64,000 nucleotides of DNA, from contig NC_043013.1 in assembly GCF_006345805.1 (NCBI RefSeq), positions 16,678,001-16,742,000 on the forward strand. Reading direction: 5' to 3'. Both the position numbers and the translations under genes were made by a program. The notes under the pieces were generated by a model that ran no database searches, had not been told where the DNA came from, and worked only from the letters and a program-made list of their open reading frames with translations. Origin of the DNA: Octopus sinensis (lineage: Eukaryota). Below are positions 26,956 to 41,025 of this stretch, piece by piece. Numbering within the stretch: the stretch's first letter is position 1; each line of letters opens with the position of its first letter.

Positions 26956-27204
26956 TCTAAATGTTATTTAATATATGTGTGTCATCAAGAAAAAAATAAT
27001 TAGCTATGATAAACATCATAGAGTTAGGTGACAATTTATTTCTTATTCACAATCAGAAACTTTTCCTTCTTTCTCCTTTCTCCTTACAGTTTTTATATTG
27101 AAGTACAATATCAGTTTTCATTGCAAAATGGTAACGTGTTTTTTATGATTCTTTTTGGGCACGAGACAAACTTGTTTATCTAATTGAGCCAAAAAACAAC
27201 TTAA

Positions 27205-27235
<31 letters not shown>

Positions 27236-27788
27236 TATACACAATCCTATTCCTTTGTCTTAATTTGATTTCGGTTGCTTTTTTTTTTATCTATGTATGT
27301 GTTGGTTGTGGGTGTTTGCTGGTGTTGTTATGTTTGCAAACATGAACGGCTATGAGTATATGTGTTTGTGTAAGTACATGTGTGTGTGTGGTGTGTGTAG
27401 GCATGTATTTGTGAAAAGTAGTGTGTGTGTGTGTGTGTGTGTGTTCATTTGTTTATTTTCTATCTATTCTATCCATGTTAGAATGGATGGGATGAATGCA
27501 TGACAAGTGAGATATTACAAAAATTCTTGTATGTCTTCATGTATTTATTATGCATTTAAATATGCATGTCAGTACTCTTTACTCCTTACTCTTTTACTTG
27601 TTTCAGTCATTTGACTGCGGCCATGCTGGAGCACCGCCTTTAGTCGAGCAAATCGACCCTGGGACTTATTCTTTGTAAGCCCAGTACTTATTCTATCGGT
27701 CTCTTTTGCTGAACCGCTAAGTTACGTGGACGTAAACACACCAGCATCGGTTGTCAAGCAATGCTAGGGGGACAAACACAACACACAT

Positions 27789-27831
<43 letters not shown>

Positions 27832-29460
27832 TACGACAGGCTTCTTTCAGTTTCCGTCTACCAAATCCACTCACAAGGCATTGGTCGGCCTGGGGCTATA
27901 GCGGAAGACACTTGCCCAAGATGCCACGCAGTGGGACTGAACCCAGAACCATGTGGTTGGAAAGCAAGCTACTTACCACACAGCCACTCCTGCACCTATA
28001 GTACATAGATATTTTCTTCTTTTTTTCGTTTTCTAACATTGCACTGTTGCCATACTAGGGCACTACCTTGAAAGTTTTTTTTTTATTTTTAGTTGAATAA
28101 ATCAATCACAGAACTTACATTTTCTTTTTTTTTTTATGTCTTGTTCTTATTTTGTTGGTCCCTTTTGCCAAACAACTAAGTTATGAGGACGTAAACAAAC
28201 TAACACCAGTTGTCAGGCAGTAAGGAGAGGGGACAGATAAAGACACTCACAGATATATATGTATTGGCACGTAAAAAGCACCATCCGATCGTGGCCGTTT
28301 GCCAGCCTCGTCTGGCACCTGTGCTGGTGGCACGTAAAAAGCACCCACTACACTCACGGAATGGTTGGCGTTAGGAAGGGCATTCAGCTGTAGAAACACT
28401 GCCAGATCAGACCGGGCCTGATGCAGCCTTCTGGCTTCACAGACCCAGTTGAACCGTCCAACCCGTGCTAGCATGGAAAGCAGATGCTAAACGATGATGA
28501 TGATCATCATCATCATCATCATCTTTTGGCATGTTTTCCATGCTAGCATGAGTTGTTGGTTTGAGAGGAGTTGGTCAGCCGGAGGGCTTCCTGGGCTCCA
28601 TTTTTCTGTTTTGACATGGTTTCTTTGGCTGGATGCCCTTCCAAATGTAACACTGACATGGGCACCAGCACAGGCACCGCTATGTGACATCAGCACAGGT
28701 GCTTTTACATGGCACCAGCACAGGCACTGTTACGTAGTTCTGGCATATCTTTTCTCTTTTGCTTGTCTCAGTCATTGGGCTGTGGCCATGCTGGGGCACC
28801 ACCTTCAAGGGCTTTAGTCAAATAAATCAGTCTCGGAACTTATCTTTTGAAAGCCTGGTACTTGTTTTGTCTCTTCTCTCTTTTTGCTGAACAGCATAGT
28901 TATGGATAGTTGTGGGAACATAAACAAACCAACAATGGTTGTCAAGCATTGGGGAAGGAGACAAAGATGGACACACATATTTCGTATACACACACACACA
29001 CATGCATATATATATATGTATTTGTAGAGAGTGATGTGTGGCTATGAGAGTTCAATTCTTAACCACATGATCAAAAGTTCATAATATTTTCCCATGTAGT
29101 CTCCGGCCTGCTAATGTCTTCCAAGTGGAATTGATAGGTGGAGACTGGATCCCTGTCTTGTATGTTTATGTATATTTATATATATATATATAAACTTTTA
29201 TTAAGCTGAAAAATTATCACAAAAGCTCAGAGTTTCATGTTCCATTTTGTCAGAGTTTTCATCGCAACTGTCTGATGAACAGGAATGTGAAACTCTGAGT
29301 AACAGTTTTGTGATAATTTTGCAGCTTTCACAAAAGCATATTGCTCTACCTTAGGTATTTGAGTACTATTTTTTGCACCCTGTTTTGCACTTATGTGCTT
29401 TCTTGTATGTGTGTGTATACAGCATGGACAACAGATGTTAAATGATGATGATGAGATATA

Positions 29461-29890
29461 TGGTCTCAAAAATTTGTCCTACGAAGAAAGGCTGAGGACG
29501 CTCGACCTTTATTCTCTTGAAAAACGCCGCCGCCGTGGTGATCTCATTCTCGCCCACAACATCATAAGCGGAAAGTGTAACCTCTCGAAAGAGCTGTTCT
29601 TCACTCCTGCTCCAGAGCGTCGGCTGCGGGGTCATTCCGAAAAGCTCTACCTGCGACGATTTCATCTCAATCGAAGGAGAGGAGCTTTCTCCGTCCGGGT
29701 TGCGGATCCGTGGAACAAGCTGCCAGACGAGATGGTGAAGATGCCGACGACCGCTTTGTTCAAAGCCTCCCTGGACCTCAAGTGGCCTGAACTCTTTACA
29801 TGAACACCACCCTGTACTTAACTCCATGTCCCCCTACATGGCCTTGCTATTTGCTTTTGAGCCAAATTAACTAACTAACTAACTAACTAA
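29461..29890 (+). mobile_element. 5'-truncated CR1-clade LINE 3' end with (TAAC)n tail
   Basis: GLKNLSYEERLRTLDLYSLEKRRRRGDLI..LRGHSEKL..FSVRVADPWNKLP is an uninterrupted CR1 ORF2 C-terminus, followed by (TAAC)n. Confidence 0.9.
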
Positions 29891-32800
29891 TTTATGTTCA
29901 ATCATATTTAACACATTCATCTCCATTCAGACATGAGAAGATAAATATATATATATGTCCTTTCTACGACTGGCACAAGGCCTGAAATTTTGTGAGGAGA
30001 GGGATAGTCGATTTCATCAACCTCAGTACACAGCTGGTACTTATTTTATCAACCCCCAAAAGGAAGGAGAAACGCCAAGCTGACCACTGCAGCATTTGAA
30101 ATTCAGAACGTAAAGGCAGTTGTTTGGTGTGCCTGTTGGATGGCCGTTAACTCTACTGAGTTTGTCTGCACTTTGAAAGGTTTTGTTTTTTCATCCTGCA
30201 GGCTTGGTAGAGTTGCTAGTTTAGTCACCAATGGATTGACCAAGCAACAAGTTGTACTGCATTAAGTTACCACTAGCATGTGACACGAACACACATGTAG
30301 AACACACATATGTAGAAATAAAACAAAAACAATAAATCTACGCTTATCTTTTTGTACTTTTTGCTTGTTATTACTTTTACAGTTCATGAATGTGTGTGTG
30401 TGTATGTGTACTTTTAATTAAGCAGCTATGCATGTTTGTGCGTATATGTGTGTATTTGTATGCGATGTGTATGCGTGTGCGTGTGTTTCTAAAAGCAACT
30501 GTGTGAATGATACTGAAATGTTTAAAACTGTATTGTGACATATTCGTTGAATATTTCGTCACCTCTACTACAACCATCATCACCCAACACTACCACAACC
30601 ACCATTGTCATCAACATCACCACCACCACCACTGCCACTTTCATTATCTCTACCAGCATCACCATCATTACCACTATCATAATCATTACATCCATCATCT
30701 TCACTACCATCCACCACCACCACCTTCATCATTATTTCATTCTTTTCTTCATGAAACATTAATGATTATTACTAGATATTTGTTTTGTTCCTCCAATTAG
30801 ATGGCAAAGTTCAGCTAAGAATATTTTTGTATACTTCATTCATGCTAGTGGTCTATTTTAGTTACTTCCCTTTATTCAAGTTTTTCTTTTTTCTTTTATA
30901 ATTTTATAAAAATGAAATTTTTTCATCCCCAAATATGAAACATTTGTCATATGACCTTGTCAAACACTTTGACCTTTGTTAAACTTGTCTGGTCTTAATT
31001 TCTAAGATATTTCTTTTAAAATAAACAAAATCTTTTTTTTATTATTTCTGTAAACATGTTGTTGTTGAGAATATTGCTGTGGTTGTTGTTCATGTTATTG
31101 TAATATTTTTTTGGTTACTTGAACTTTGATATTTTTCTCTCTGATTCTCTTTAGGTCTCACTACTGCCTCCTCTCTTTTTTTCTCTCCCTCTCTTCCTAT
31201 GACCCTTCCTATCATCTCCCTTCTGTCTCCCCTCTCTCTCTCTCTCTCTCTCTCACTCTCCTTCATTAGATATCCTTCAACAATTATCTAATCTGATGTC
31301 TTAATATTTCTGGCTGTGTCACCTTTTCAATCTCTTCAGAAGATAACAGATTAATTTTTGGAGGGCTGGGGTAGACCCATACATGCACTTTCTAATTATT
31401 TCAGGTCACCAAGATACCAGTAAGAACTATACCTAGGGGTTAGGTAACCTAGTCTTGGTAAAAGGCAATCCTTCACATGGACGCACACCGAAAAATGGAT
31501 ATCAGTAATGCAACACTCAGCATTTTGATAGTGCTCCTGTTGATCTTTAGAGTAATGAGGTTCTGTTGACATGTAATAACATGCTTGCATGTAATAATTA
31601 TTTTTATACATTTGTTTATTACATTGCTACTTGCCACCCTCTTCTTCTGCTGCCACTTATCACCTCTTCTTTTTGAACTATTTCTTATTCCTTCTCCCCA
31701 CTTGTATGTCATTCGCTATATTCACCCCCTACCCACATTTCCCCATCCTCAGTCCATATCCTCCTCCCTTATACTCCTCTTTGTTGTACCTTGACAGTAA
31801 GCTCCGAGACCACACCACCCAATATTTCTACTTTCTTCCCAGCTACTTTCACTCACTCTTATATATTGCAAAGTTGCCATGTAACCTTCTATATTATCAT
31901 CATCATCATCATCATTTAACGTCCGTTTTCCATGCTAGCACAGGTTGGACGGTTCAACCAGGGTCTGGGAAGCCAGGGGGCTGCACCAGGCTCCAGTCTG
32001 ATTTGGCAGTGTTTCTACAGCTGGATGCCCTTCCTAACGCCAACCACTCCGTGAGTGTAGTGGGTGCTTTTTACGTGCCACCGGCACATGGGCCAGAGGT
32101 GGCTGGCAAATGACCACAATCGGTTGGTGCTTTTTACGTGTCACCGACACAGAAGCCAGTCAAGGCGGCGCTGGCATCGGCCACATTCGGATGATGCTTT
32201 TTACGTGCCACTGGCACAGGTATCACAACTACAATTTCCATTTGATATTTATTTAGATGTTGATGTACTTGACTCAATAGGTCTCCTCAAGCACAGAGGT
32301 CTCCTCGTAAGACACATACTTGTACCTGCCTCGTCATCACACTTTAGCTTCTCAACACCTGACATAATGCTACCTCCTTCTATATTACAAGCCCACTCGG
32401 TCTAGGGTTTTTTCTTTATCTTGCAAGTTACTTGGTAACCTCACATTTGCCAATGTCACTAAAAAAGCACACATTGCACTCTGTAAGTGGTTACCATTAG
32501 CAAGGGCATCCAACCATAGAAACCATACCAAAACAGACATTGGTGGCCAACAAGTAGTTTGGCTCATTGGATCTTGTCAAACAATCAAGCCTATACCAGC
32601 ATGGAAGACAGATATTAAAAAATGGTGATAATAATGATGATGATGATACACGTATGCATGTGTTATCATATGTATGTGCATTTTAGATATGCATATCTGT
32701 GTGAGTATGTGTGTATGAATGTTGATATTCAACATCTTGTCACCAGTTCCTTGTCAACATTATGACCAGTTGCTCTGTTCTTTTGTAGACCTGTGAAATG

Positions 32801-34511
32801 AGAAAAAGATCCCTTACTTGAAAAACGGGTAAGGGTTAGCTACAGAAAGAGCATCAACCTCAAAATCTTGCCTCAAATAAGTCCCCATCCAATCTAAACC
32901 ATGACTACTATGAAACAACAGATGTGAAAAGCATGAACATTTTGCTATAAAGCCTTGAAAATTTTAATCAAACTACTTTAGACTTATTTGATATACATTC
33001 TTATGCATAATTATTTATGAATTATTTAATCATGCTGCCAACAAATTATGTCGTTTTCATGGATAGAATGATGAGAGGGTGTTTCCTCTCTGATGAGTGT
33101 CCAACAAATTGGAAAACATGTTAGGGCAATCTCCTTTATTTTTCTCAGTACAAAGAGAATAACAAGATACATTTATATCTGTTTACAGCTTTACAACAAA
33201 TGCTATGAAAGAAACTATAATTTAACTACTTTAAATCCAATATTTCTAATACACTTTGTGTTCAGTACATACACACACACACACATGTATCTATGTATTT
33301 GTGTGTGTAATTGAGAAATTTAGCACAACTTAACACTTAGTGTAAGTTAAATATTTCTCAATGTATGATCTGTTTCCTTGTTATTGAGGACTCTCTTCTT
33401 TTGTACCTGCTGCTGCTGCTGAATGTATATATAGCTATGAAATATTCATCCCTAGCAGGACTGATATTTACACAATACCTCAGATATATAATAATTTTTA
33501 AAAATGTAGATATAGGTATGCTGTTTGGAGATAAAGGGGTCAGGATAGTCACATCTGGATTGCTGTTGCCCTCATATCTTCCCGATAAGATCTGACCTAG
33601 GGTTATATAACATTTTAAATTTTATCTTTCTCAGGTTAGAGATAGTAATAACTGAAGAGGCCTTTACATAGTCTGTTACACACTTAGATTGCAGGGTACA
33701 AACTCCATTTTAGAATACAGATACAACTTCAAATGTAGACACAGGATACTTTAGTGATCAATTCATTTATGTGCAAAGACTTTGATGTCTGGTAAGACAT
33801 TCTACTTCAAAATAATACAAGATAAATGAACATATATGTATGTATGTATGTATATATCTCCTTCATCTCCTGAACCTTATGAAGGAAATGATAGGGGCCT
33901 GAGGTGAGAGGTGTATTGCTATACTTGAGAAGACCAGCCCACCACAACAAAATTGAGATCCTAAAACCAAGGTGCCACGTAAAATGCTTTGGTGTGGGTT
34001 TTGGTACCATGTGAAAGTACTGGTGCTGGTACCACTTAAAAAGCACTGGTGCTGGTGCCACATAAAAAGCACCCAGTACACTTTGTGGAGTGGTTGGCAT
34101 TAGGAAGGGCTTCCAGCCTTAGAAATGAAGCCAAAACAGACTATAGAACCAGGTGTGGCCCCTGGCAGATCTAGTCTTCCTCATTTGCAAAATGAACCTC
34201 CTTTAATTTTGCTCAAATTGCTTTCAATTTTGGTGTACCGATGCAACTCTGAATTTTGATTACGATCAACCAATTGCTTTATCTTGTAAATTAAAGAACC
34301 TGATGTTATTTGGAATTAAAGTTGGGAAATTTGGGTAATTTTAGCCAATCAATGGACAGCATGGCATTAGCAGCTTGTTACCATGACAACCGCCTGCTGT
34401 GTTGTGGTTCACTGTTGTCTGTGCTGCACGTTGTTCTATGTTGATTTTTCGCACCAGTTGAGCACTGGGGTCAATGTAATTGACTTACCTCCACCCCAAA
34501 AAAAACATGCA

Positions 34512-34843
34512 GGTAAAAATTTTGCATTATGTAGCTTGTTATTCTCTTTAAGTGAACATTTTTCTGGTTGAAATACACCGAAAAATGGTGACACAGCAGT
34601 CAAAAAATCGTAAAAAAATAGGGATTTTCATAGAAAAAAAACACCATTTTGATGTAAATAATTTTTGGTGTTAGCATGGTCCAATTTGGATTTTTTCTTC
34701 TATGGAAGGAAGAGCAAGCCTTATTCTATCATACTTTCAATTTTGGTCAACTTGCGCCCCAGGGTCTCGGAGGAGGTAGTGTTAGTTGAAGGCTACCAAA
34801 CCTGCCATACACAGACAACTTCAGCTTTGTATATATAGAGAGA
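34512..34843 (-). mobile_element. Non-autonomous Helitron family H2, copy lacking the 3' end
   Basis: Near-identical to 39690-40016; the minus strand starts A|TCTCTCTATATA. Confidence 0.75.
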
Positions 34844-36659
34844 TTTATCATTTATTTTGTAATTCTGAAGATGTTATGGGTGATTTAATGTTATTTGGCT
34901 GTTGGCCATTTTGTTTTTTCAGCAGAACAAGAAAATTGCTCTTTCGTTGCCCCCCCCCCCGCTCCTCATCTAATCCCCACTGTTTCTTTAATGTAACATA
35001 AAGCTTGACAAACTCCATTTAGTGAAGTTGCTTTTTGTCAAAACTTACTGTTGTTGGCAAACATTTAAAGACTGGTGGTGGTGGTGGTGGTAGTGGTGGT
35101 AGTGGTGGTGGTTGTAGTGGTGGTGGTGGTGGTGGTAGTGGTGGTAGTGGTGGTGGTGGTGGTGGTAGTGGTGGTGGTGGTGGTGGTGACGATAGTAGTG
35201 TTGTTGTTTAGAATTAAAATCAAAACATTTTTGTCAGTGACTCATTACAATCCATAATGGTAAAAGTACATTAATGTAATTTATTGGGAAGAAGTGGGGA
35301 GTATTTCCTCATTTACTGGGTAATTTAGAAAAAAAAACTCATTAACTGTTGGCTAATTTAATATAATTTTGGACTTATTTTATTATCTAAATCGTTTTGG
35401 ACGTTTTTTTCCTTCTTTATATTTTGTATTTAACAAATCTGTACATGTTTATATATGGTGTAGAGTGTGTGTGTGTGTGTGTGTGTTTTGTCTAGTGTGT
35501 ATATTTTATCTGTCATGTGTGTCTGTTGTTGTTCAGCCCTTGGTCATTCCCAATAAGGACACACAGTAGAATGTGTTCTACTCATGAACATTTTTATCTT
35601 TTTTACATCATATTTTTGTGTATGAATGTGTGTACAATGGATTGTATTATTAAACGTGGTCTTCTTTTAATGAAGTTGAGTGTAATTTGATGTAGTTTTC
35701 TAGCAAGTTGTGATGCCACACAGAGGCTCCTTTGGATGAACGTGTTGTTATATTTTGTGGGGTGTGTGTTATGTGTAGTATTAGGAGTGAGGATAAGGTT
35801 ATGTTGTGTATCAGGATGGGTACCTGTCATTCAACCTGTTAAAAACAGCACCCAAATCTCCCTCAGATTGCACCATACTTTATTAAAGATGAAAGGGTAC
35901 ATTGGATAATGTAGTTCTAGAAACTCCTAAAAAGAATGACATGAAGATCATGCTTGGCATGTCTTTAGTTGTAGGTCTGTTCGACCAGAATTCATGTGTG
36001 TTGAAGAACTCTTGTAATTGGTGAGGCATGTCTTGTCCATGCCTCCTCTACAGCAACAAACGTCTTCCCATCCATCTACCCCACTAGCTTCAGCCTACTA
36101 ACTTTTGCTAAAATACATTCAAATATGCCTAAGTTAAATTCCTCAAAATGAGGATGGATTTATGGCTTTGACATTTGTACTACCCCTTCTTCTTTCTATA
36201 AATAGAAAAATTTCTTGTTTGTCTCCATTGAACCATATGAAGAAACCCCCTCCCCATTGATAGATCTAAATAACAAAGTGAACTCAGTGATAAAAAATCT
36301 ACAGATGGAGAAGGATATTCTACTACCATGTTCTTAATGATGAAATTAACCTCTCTGTCTATATATCTACCCTCTTTGTAATGTTGGCAAATGAAATAAG
36401 TATAAAAATGTACATTGGCCATTTAATTAAAAAATTCTATATGTGGCTGAAGATTACTCGACATTTTAAAACTGATGTAATACTTACAGTGTTTAATAAA
36501 ATGAAGTAGCATGAAACGATTGTACTACACTACCTTGGATATCCTTGTTGCTTATTTTGATTATAATCACCCCATTTGATTTATATGGATAATACCATAC
36601 CAAATTCTGGTGCCTTTAACTTAAGTACCTTATTCATCTGAATCTAAATTTTGCTGAAC

Positions 36660-36693
<34 letters not shown>

Positions 36694-36774
36694 CAATTGC
36701 AGCGTGGAAGGTGTTTATAAGCCATTTAAGAAACACACAAAAGCCGTTCGATTCACTTCAACATTTAAGTTTAA

Positions 36775-36824
36775 TTTGTCAAAATATTTTCGTCGCTAAA
36801 ATCCGCGACCTGTTCACTGACAAA
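36775..36824 (-). ncRNA. Putative minimal type I hammerhead ribozyme, G3:C8 variant, in a Penelope-like fragment (36695-36905)
   Basis: Minus strand reads UUUGUCA-GUGAACA-G-GUCGC-loop-GCGAC-GAAA-AUAUUU-UGACAAA. Confidence 0.55.
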
Positions 36825-37043
36825 AATCCGTGCTGCATCTGAGCTGCAATTGTTTTCGTTTCAGCACACGATCTCAGATCAAATTACTTGCTATGCGAGT
36901 ACATCTCTCTATATATATATAAATTCCGCCGAGGTCGACTTTGCCTTTCATCCTTTCGGGGTCGATAAATAAAGTACCAGTTACGCACTGGGGCCGATAT
37001 AATCGACTTAATCCCTTTGTTTAGCCCCTTGTGGGCAATAAAG

Positions 37044-37088
<45 letters not shown>

Positions 37089-37308
37089 CGCAATGGCCTA
37101 GTGATTAGGGCAGCGGACTCGCGGTCGCAGGATCGCGGTTTCGATTCTCAGACCGGGCGTTGTGTGTGTTTATTGAGCGAAAACACCTAAAAGCTCTACG
37201 AGGCTCCGGCAGGGGGTGGTGATCCCTGCTGTACTCTTTCACCACAATGGCGGTGCCCCAGCATGGCCACAGCTCAAGAGCTGAAACTGGAAAAACAAAA
37301 CAAAAACA

Positions 37309-37360
<52 letters not shown>

Positions 37361-37413
37361 TATAAAGTGAAAGTTGAATTGTCATGCTTATGTATTTCTC
37401 TGTTTAATTTCAG

Positions 37414-37677
37414 GGTTGTCCGTGGGAAGACACTTTTGTCTGCTCTTTCTCAAAAATCTGCTCCTTTGTATCCTAAAGTGGTTCAAAACTACAGTGTCAT
37501 CTATGGAAACATCAATAAACTAGCCCCTGCTGTGAAGACCTTTGTTGAGGAAACAGCTAAGATCACTAAACCAGACAACATCCACATCTGTGATGGCTCA
37601 GAACAAGAAAATGAACTTCTCTTATACATTCTACAGAAAGACAATGTCATCAGTAAACTTCACAAATATGAAAACTG
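37414..37677 (+). CDS. PEPCK coding exon (second exon, phase-2 start)
   Basis: tttcag|G GTT GTC.. to GAA AAC TG|gta; encodes [31 protein letters not shown]. Confidence 0.9.
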
Positions 37678-40481
37678 GTATGTTTTTTTTTTTTTTTTTT
37701 TTTTACTATGATTCCATTTGTACTGTAGGTAATTACAGTCCTATATTTGACTCCAGCCTTCATCCATGGGCATATGGCGTAGTGGTTAAGAGTGCGGGCT
37801 ACTAACCCCAAGATTCCGATTTCGATTCCAGGCAGTGACCCAAATAATAATAATAATAATGATAATAGTAATAACATTATTAGGAATGAGAACCCAGGTT
37901 CAAAATTCTCCCAGAACACCTGATTAAGGTTGGAGAGTACATCAGCCGAAATGTGTTAATAACAAACAAGATGAGGACAAATATCCATCAAATGTAAATA
38001 ATGTAAGTAATTATCATGTGAGACACATAAGCAAATATAACAAAGTAAGTTGAAGGTTGTGAGTTCATTTCTTACTAGGGCATAGTTTTTGTCTAAACCT
38101 TGCTAGCTTGAGAGAATGGACATAAAGTGGTGGTGGTGGCGGCAGCAGTCATGATGATGACTGAGGTTAGACAGTGTCCATTCAAACCCTTCTCTAGACT
38201 GGTGAGATTGATGTGATCAATGATCCCAGATTTTTGCAAGTGATATGCTCAATAATCCCCTTCACTCTGATTGATGAGATTATTGTAACTGATGGGTCCA
38301 TCTCTCAGACTGGTGAGTTGATGTGACTGATGATCCCTTCTCCAGACTAATGAATGGTATGATTGATGTTACCCTTCCTGGCTGATGAGATTGATGTGAC
38401 CTATTTCTTTATTGCCCACAAGGGGCTAAACATAGAGGGTACAAACAAGGACAGACATAGGTATTAAGTCGATTACATCGACCCCAGTGCGAAACTGGTA
38501 CTTATTTAATCAACCCCAAAAGGATGAAAGGCAAAGTCGACCTCGGCGGAATTTGAACTCAGAACGTAACGGCAGACGAAATACGGCTACGCATTTCGCC
38601 CGGCATGCTAACGTTTCTGCCAGCTCGCCGCCTTGAGATTGATGTGACCGATGACCCTCATCTTCTAACTGGTGAGGTTGTTGCGATTGAACTCTTCTTG
38701 CAGACTGATGAGATTGATGATCCTCTTTTCCAGACTTACGGGGATTAATGTAGTTGTTCTCCTCTCCTCCAGACTGGTAAGATTAATGTGATTTACATTC
38801 ACCTTTAACACTAGGTTGGTGTCTGTGAGGTAAACCTGGAGAGGATAAGAATTCCCCAAAGTTTATATCAATTCTGGGAAGGAAGGACTGGAGAAAATGT
38901 ATTGGGCTGGTTGTGGTGGTGGGGAAATAGATGGCACACAGGCCATTGTAATAACGATAGAAGAGACAGAAGAAAGAAACCTCAGAGGGTTAGTTTCAAA
39001 CCAGTAATTTATTTAATCAGCCCCAAAAGTACAAAAGGTAAAGTTGACTGCAGTTGAATTTGAACTCAGAATGTAATTTACTGAAACAAATACAGCAGGG
39101 TATTTGTTTTGTTGATGCTCTAACAATCCTGCCACTCTTATCTAAACCAGTAAAATTGTACTGACACGACCCCTTAAATTGCACTAATACAACCCAGTAA
39201 TATATTGTGTTCTAATTTAGGCATGAGACTAGCAGTTCAGAGGGGATCAGCGGTTGTAGTTAGTATGTGCCCATCAATCCCAGTACTATACTGCTAAATT
39301 ATTTAATCAACCCTACAAGGATGAAAGACAAAGTTGACCGCAGTGTGATTTGAGCTCAGAACCTAAAGAGATGGAACAATTGCCACAAGGCATTTTTTCT
39401 TCCAGTGTTCTAATTAAGTGCCAACCCAACCCAATTTTGCACTGATATCACCTATAATATTGCATTGATATGACCCAGTAATATCTCACTGATTTAACCG
39501 ACAAATATTTCAACAATGTGACTCCACCACTCAGCTGTGAAGTACTTATATGATGCACTTTCATTGCAACGTCCGTGTTTTCTAAAGTTAAATAGGTTGT
39601 TTGAAATTTGATTTAGATAAATACTAGCAGTATCGCCCGGCATTGCTCGGGTTTGTTTCGACCCTTTAGAATTGGAATTTTTGAAAAGTAAAAACTTTGC
39701 ATTATGTAGCTTGTTATTCTCTTTAAGTGAACATTTTTCTGGTTGAAATACACTGAAAAATGGTGGCACAGCAGTAAAAAAATCGTAAAAAAATAGGGAT
39801 TTTCATAGAAAAAAAGCACCTTTTTAATGTAAATAATTTTTGGTGTTAACATGGTCCGATTTGGATTTTTTCTTCTACGGAAGGAAGAGCAAGCCTTCTT
39901 CTATCATACTCTCGATTTTGGTCGACTTGCGCCGCAGGGTCTCGGAGGAGATAGTGTTAGTTGAAGGCTATCAAACCTGCCATACACAGACAACTTCAGC
40001 TTTATATATATGGAGATTAACAGTTGAATGATTAAATATAAACCAGAAAGACTAGTATGAAGTTCAAGTGAATGTAGTGTTCCATTTCTTTTAAAAATGC
40101 ACAACTTAATGTACGTTGAAATAGCAACACTTACTGCTGAAAAGGCAAGAATATTATTATAGGTGCAGACATAGCCTTGAGGTTAAGAAATTCACTTGTG
40201 ACTCACTTGCGACCCACATGGTTTCAGGTTCAGTCCTACTGCATGGTACCTTGGGCAAGTATCTTCTACTAGAGCCCTTTGCCGATCAAAGCCTTGTGAA
40301 GGTAGGAAGAAACTGAAAGAAGCCCCAGCGCTGGTGTTGCTACCATCCAGCTGTAAAAACTATGACAGAACAAACAATGGAGTCTGATGCTGCCCCTGGC
40401 CTTATCAGTTCCAGTTAAATCATCCAAGCCATGTTAGCATGGAAAACAAGACATTAAATGATAATGATACACACATGCACG

Positions 40482-40517
<36 letters not shown>

Positions 40518-40990
40518 TGTATAAGTGTTTGTGGATGTGACTGTGTCTTCTTGTATTGACATCATGCAATAGTTGTAAAGGAGTGTTACCATCATACAGC
40601 TGGTGCCTTCCATTTCATGTCTTCCATAAAAAAATGTCCAGCTTGGGAAAAGTATATTACTCTGCTTGGAAGGTGAGGTTCATAACTAGAAAAAAAATAT
40701 CCAGCTGTGGATGTATATACCTCAGCAAAATTATCACTATCTATGCCAGTGCTGCCTGACTGGTCCCGTGCCAGTGGCATGTAAAAAGCACCACTCAGGC
40801 ATGGTTGATGCCAGTACTGCCTGACTGACCTTCGTGCTGGTAGCATATAAAAAGCACCTACTACACTCTCAGAGTTATTGGCATTAGGAACGGCATCCAG
40901 CTGTAGAAACTTTGCCAGATTGGATTGGAGCCTGGTGCAGCCTTCTGGCTTGCCACCATGGAAAGCAGACATTAAACGATGACAATGATG

Positions 40991-41025
<35 letters not shown>

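Noticed and set aside
37087-37160. tRNA genes at the tRNA-like sequences (also 14760-14833, 22124-22190 and 37768-37840)
   Set aside because: They continue into SINE bodies and lack a proper acceptor stem and terminator, so they are SINE heads.
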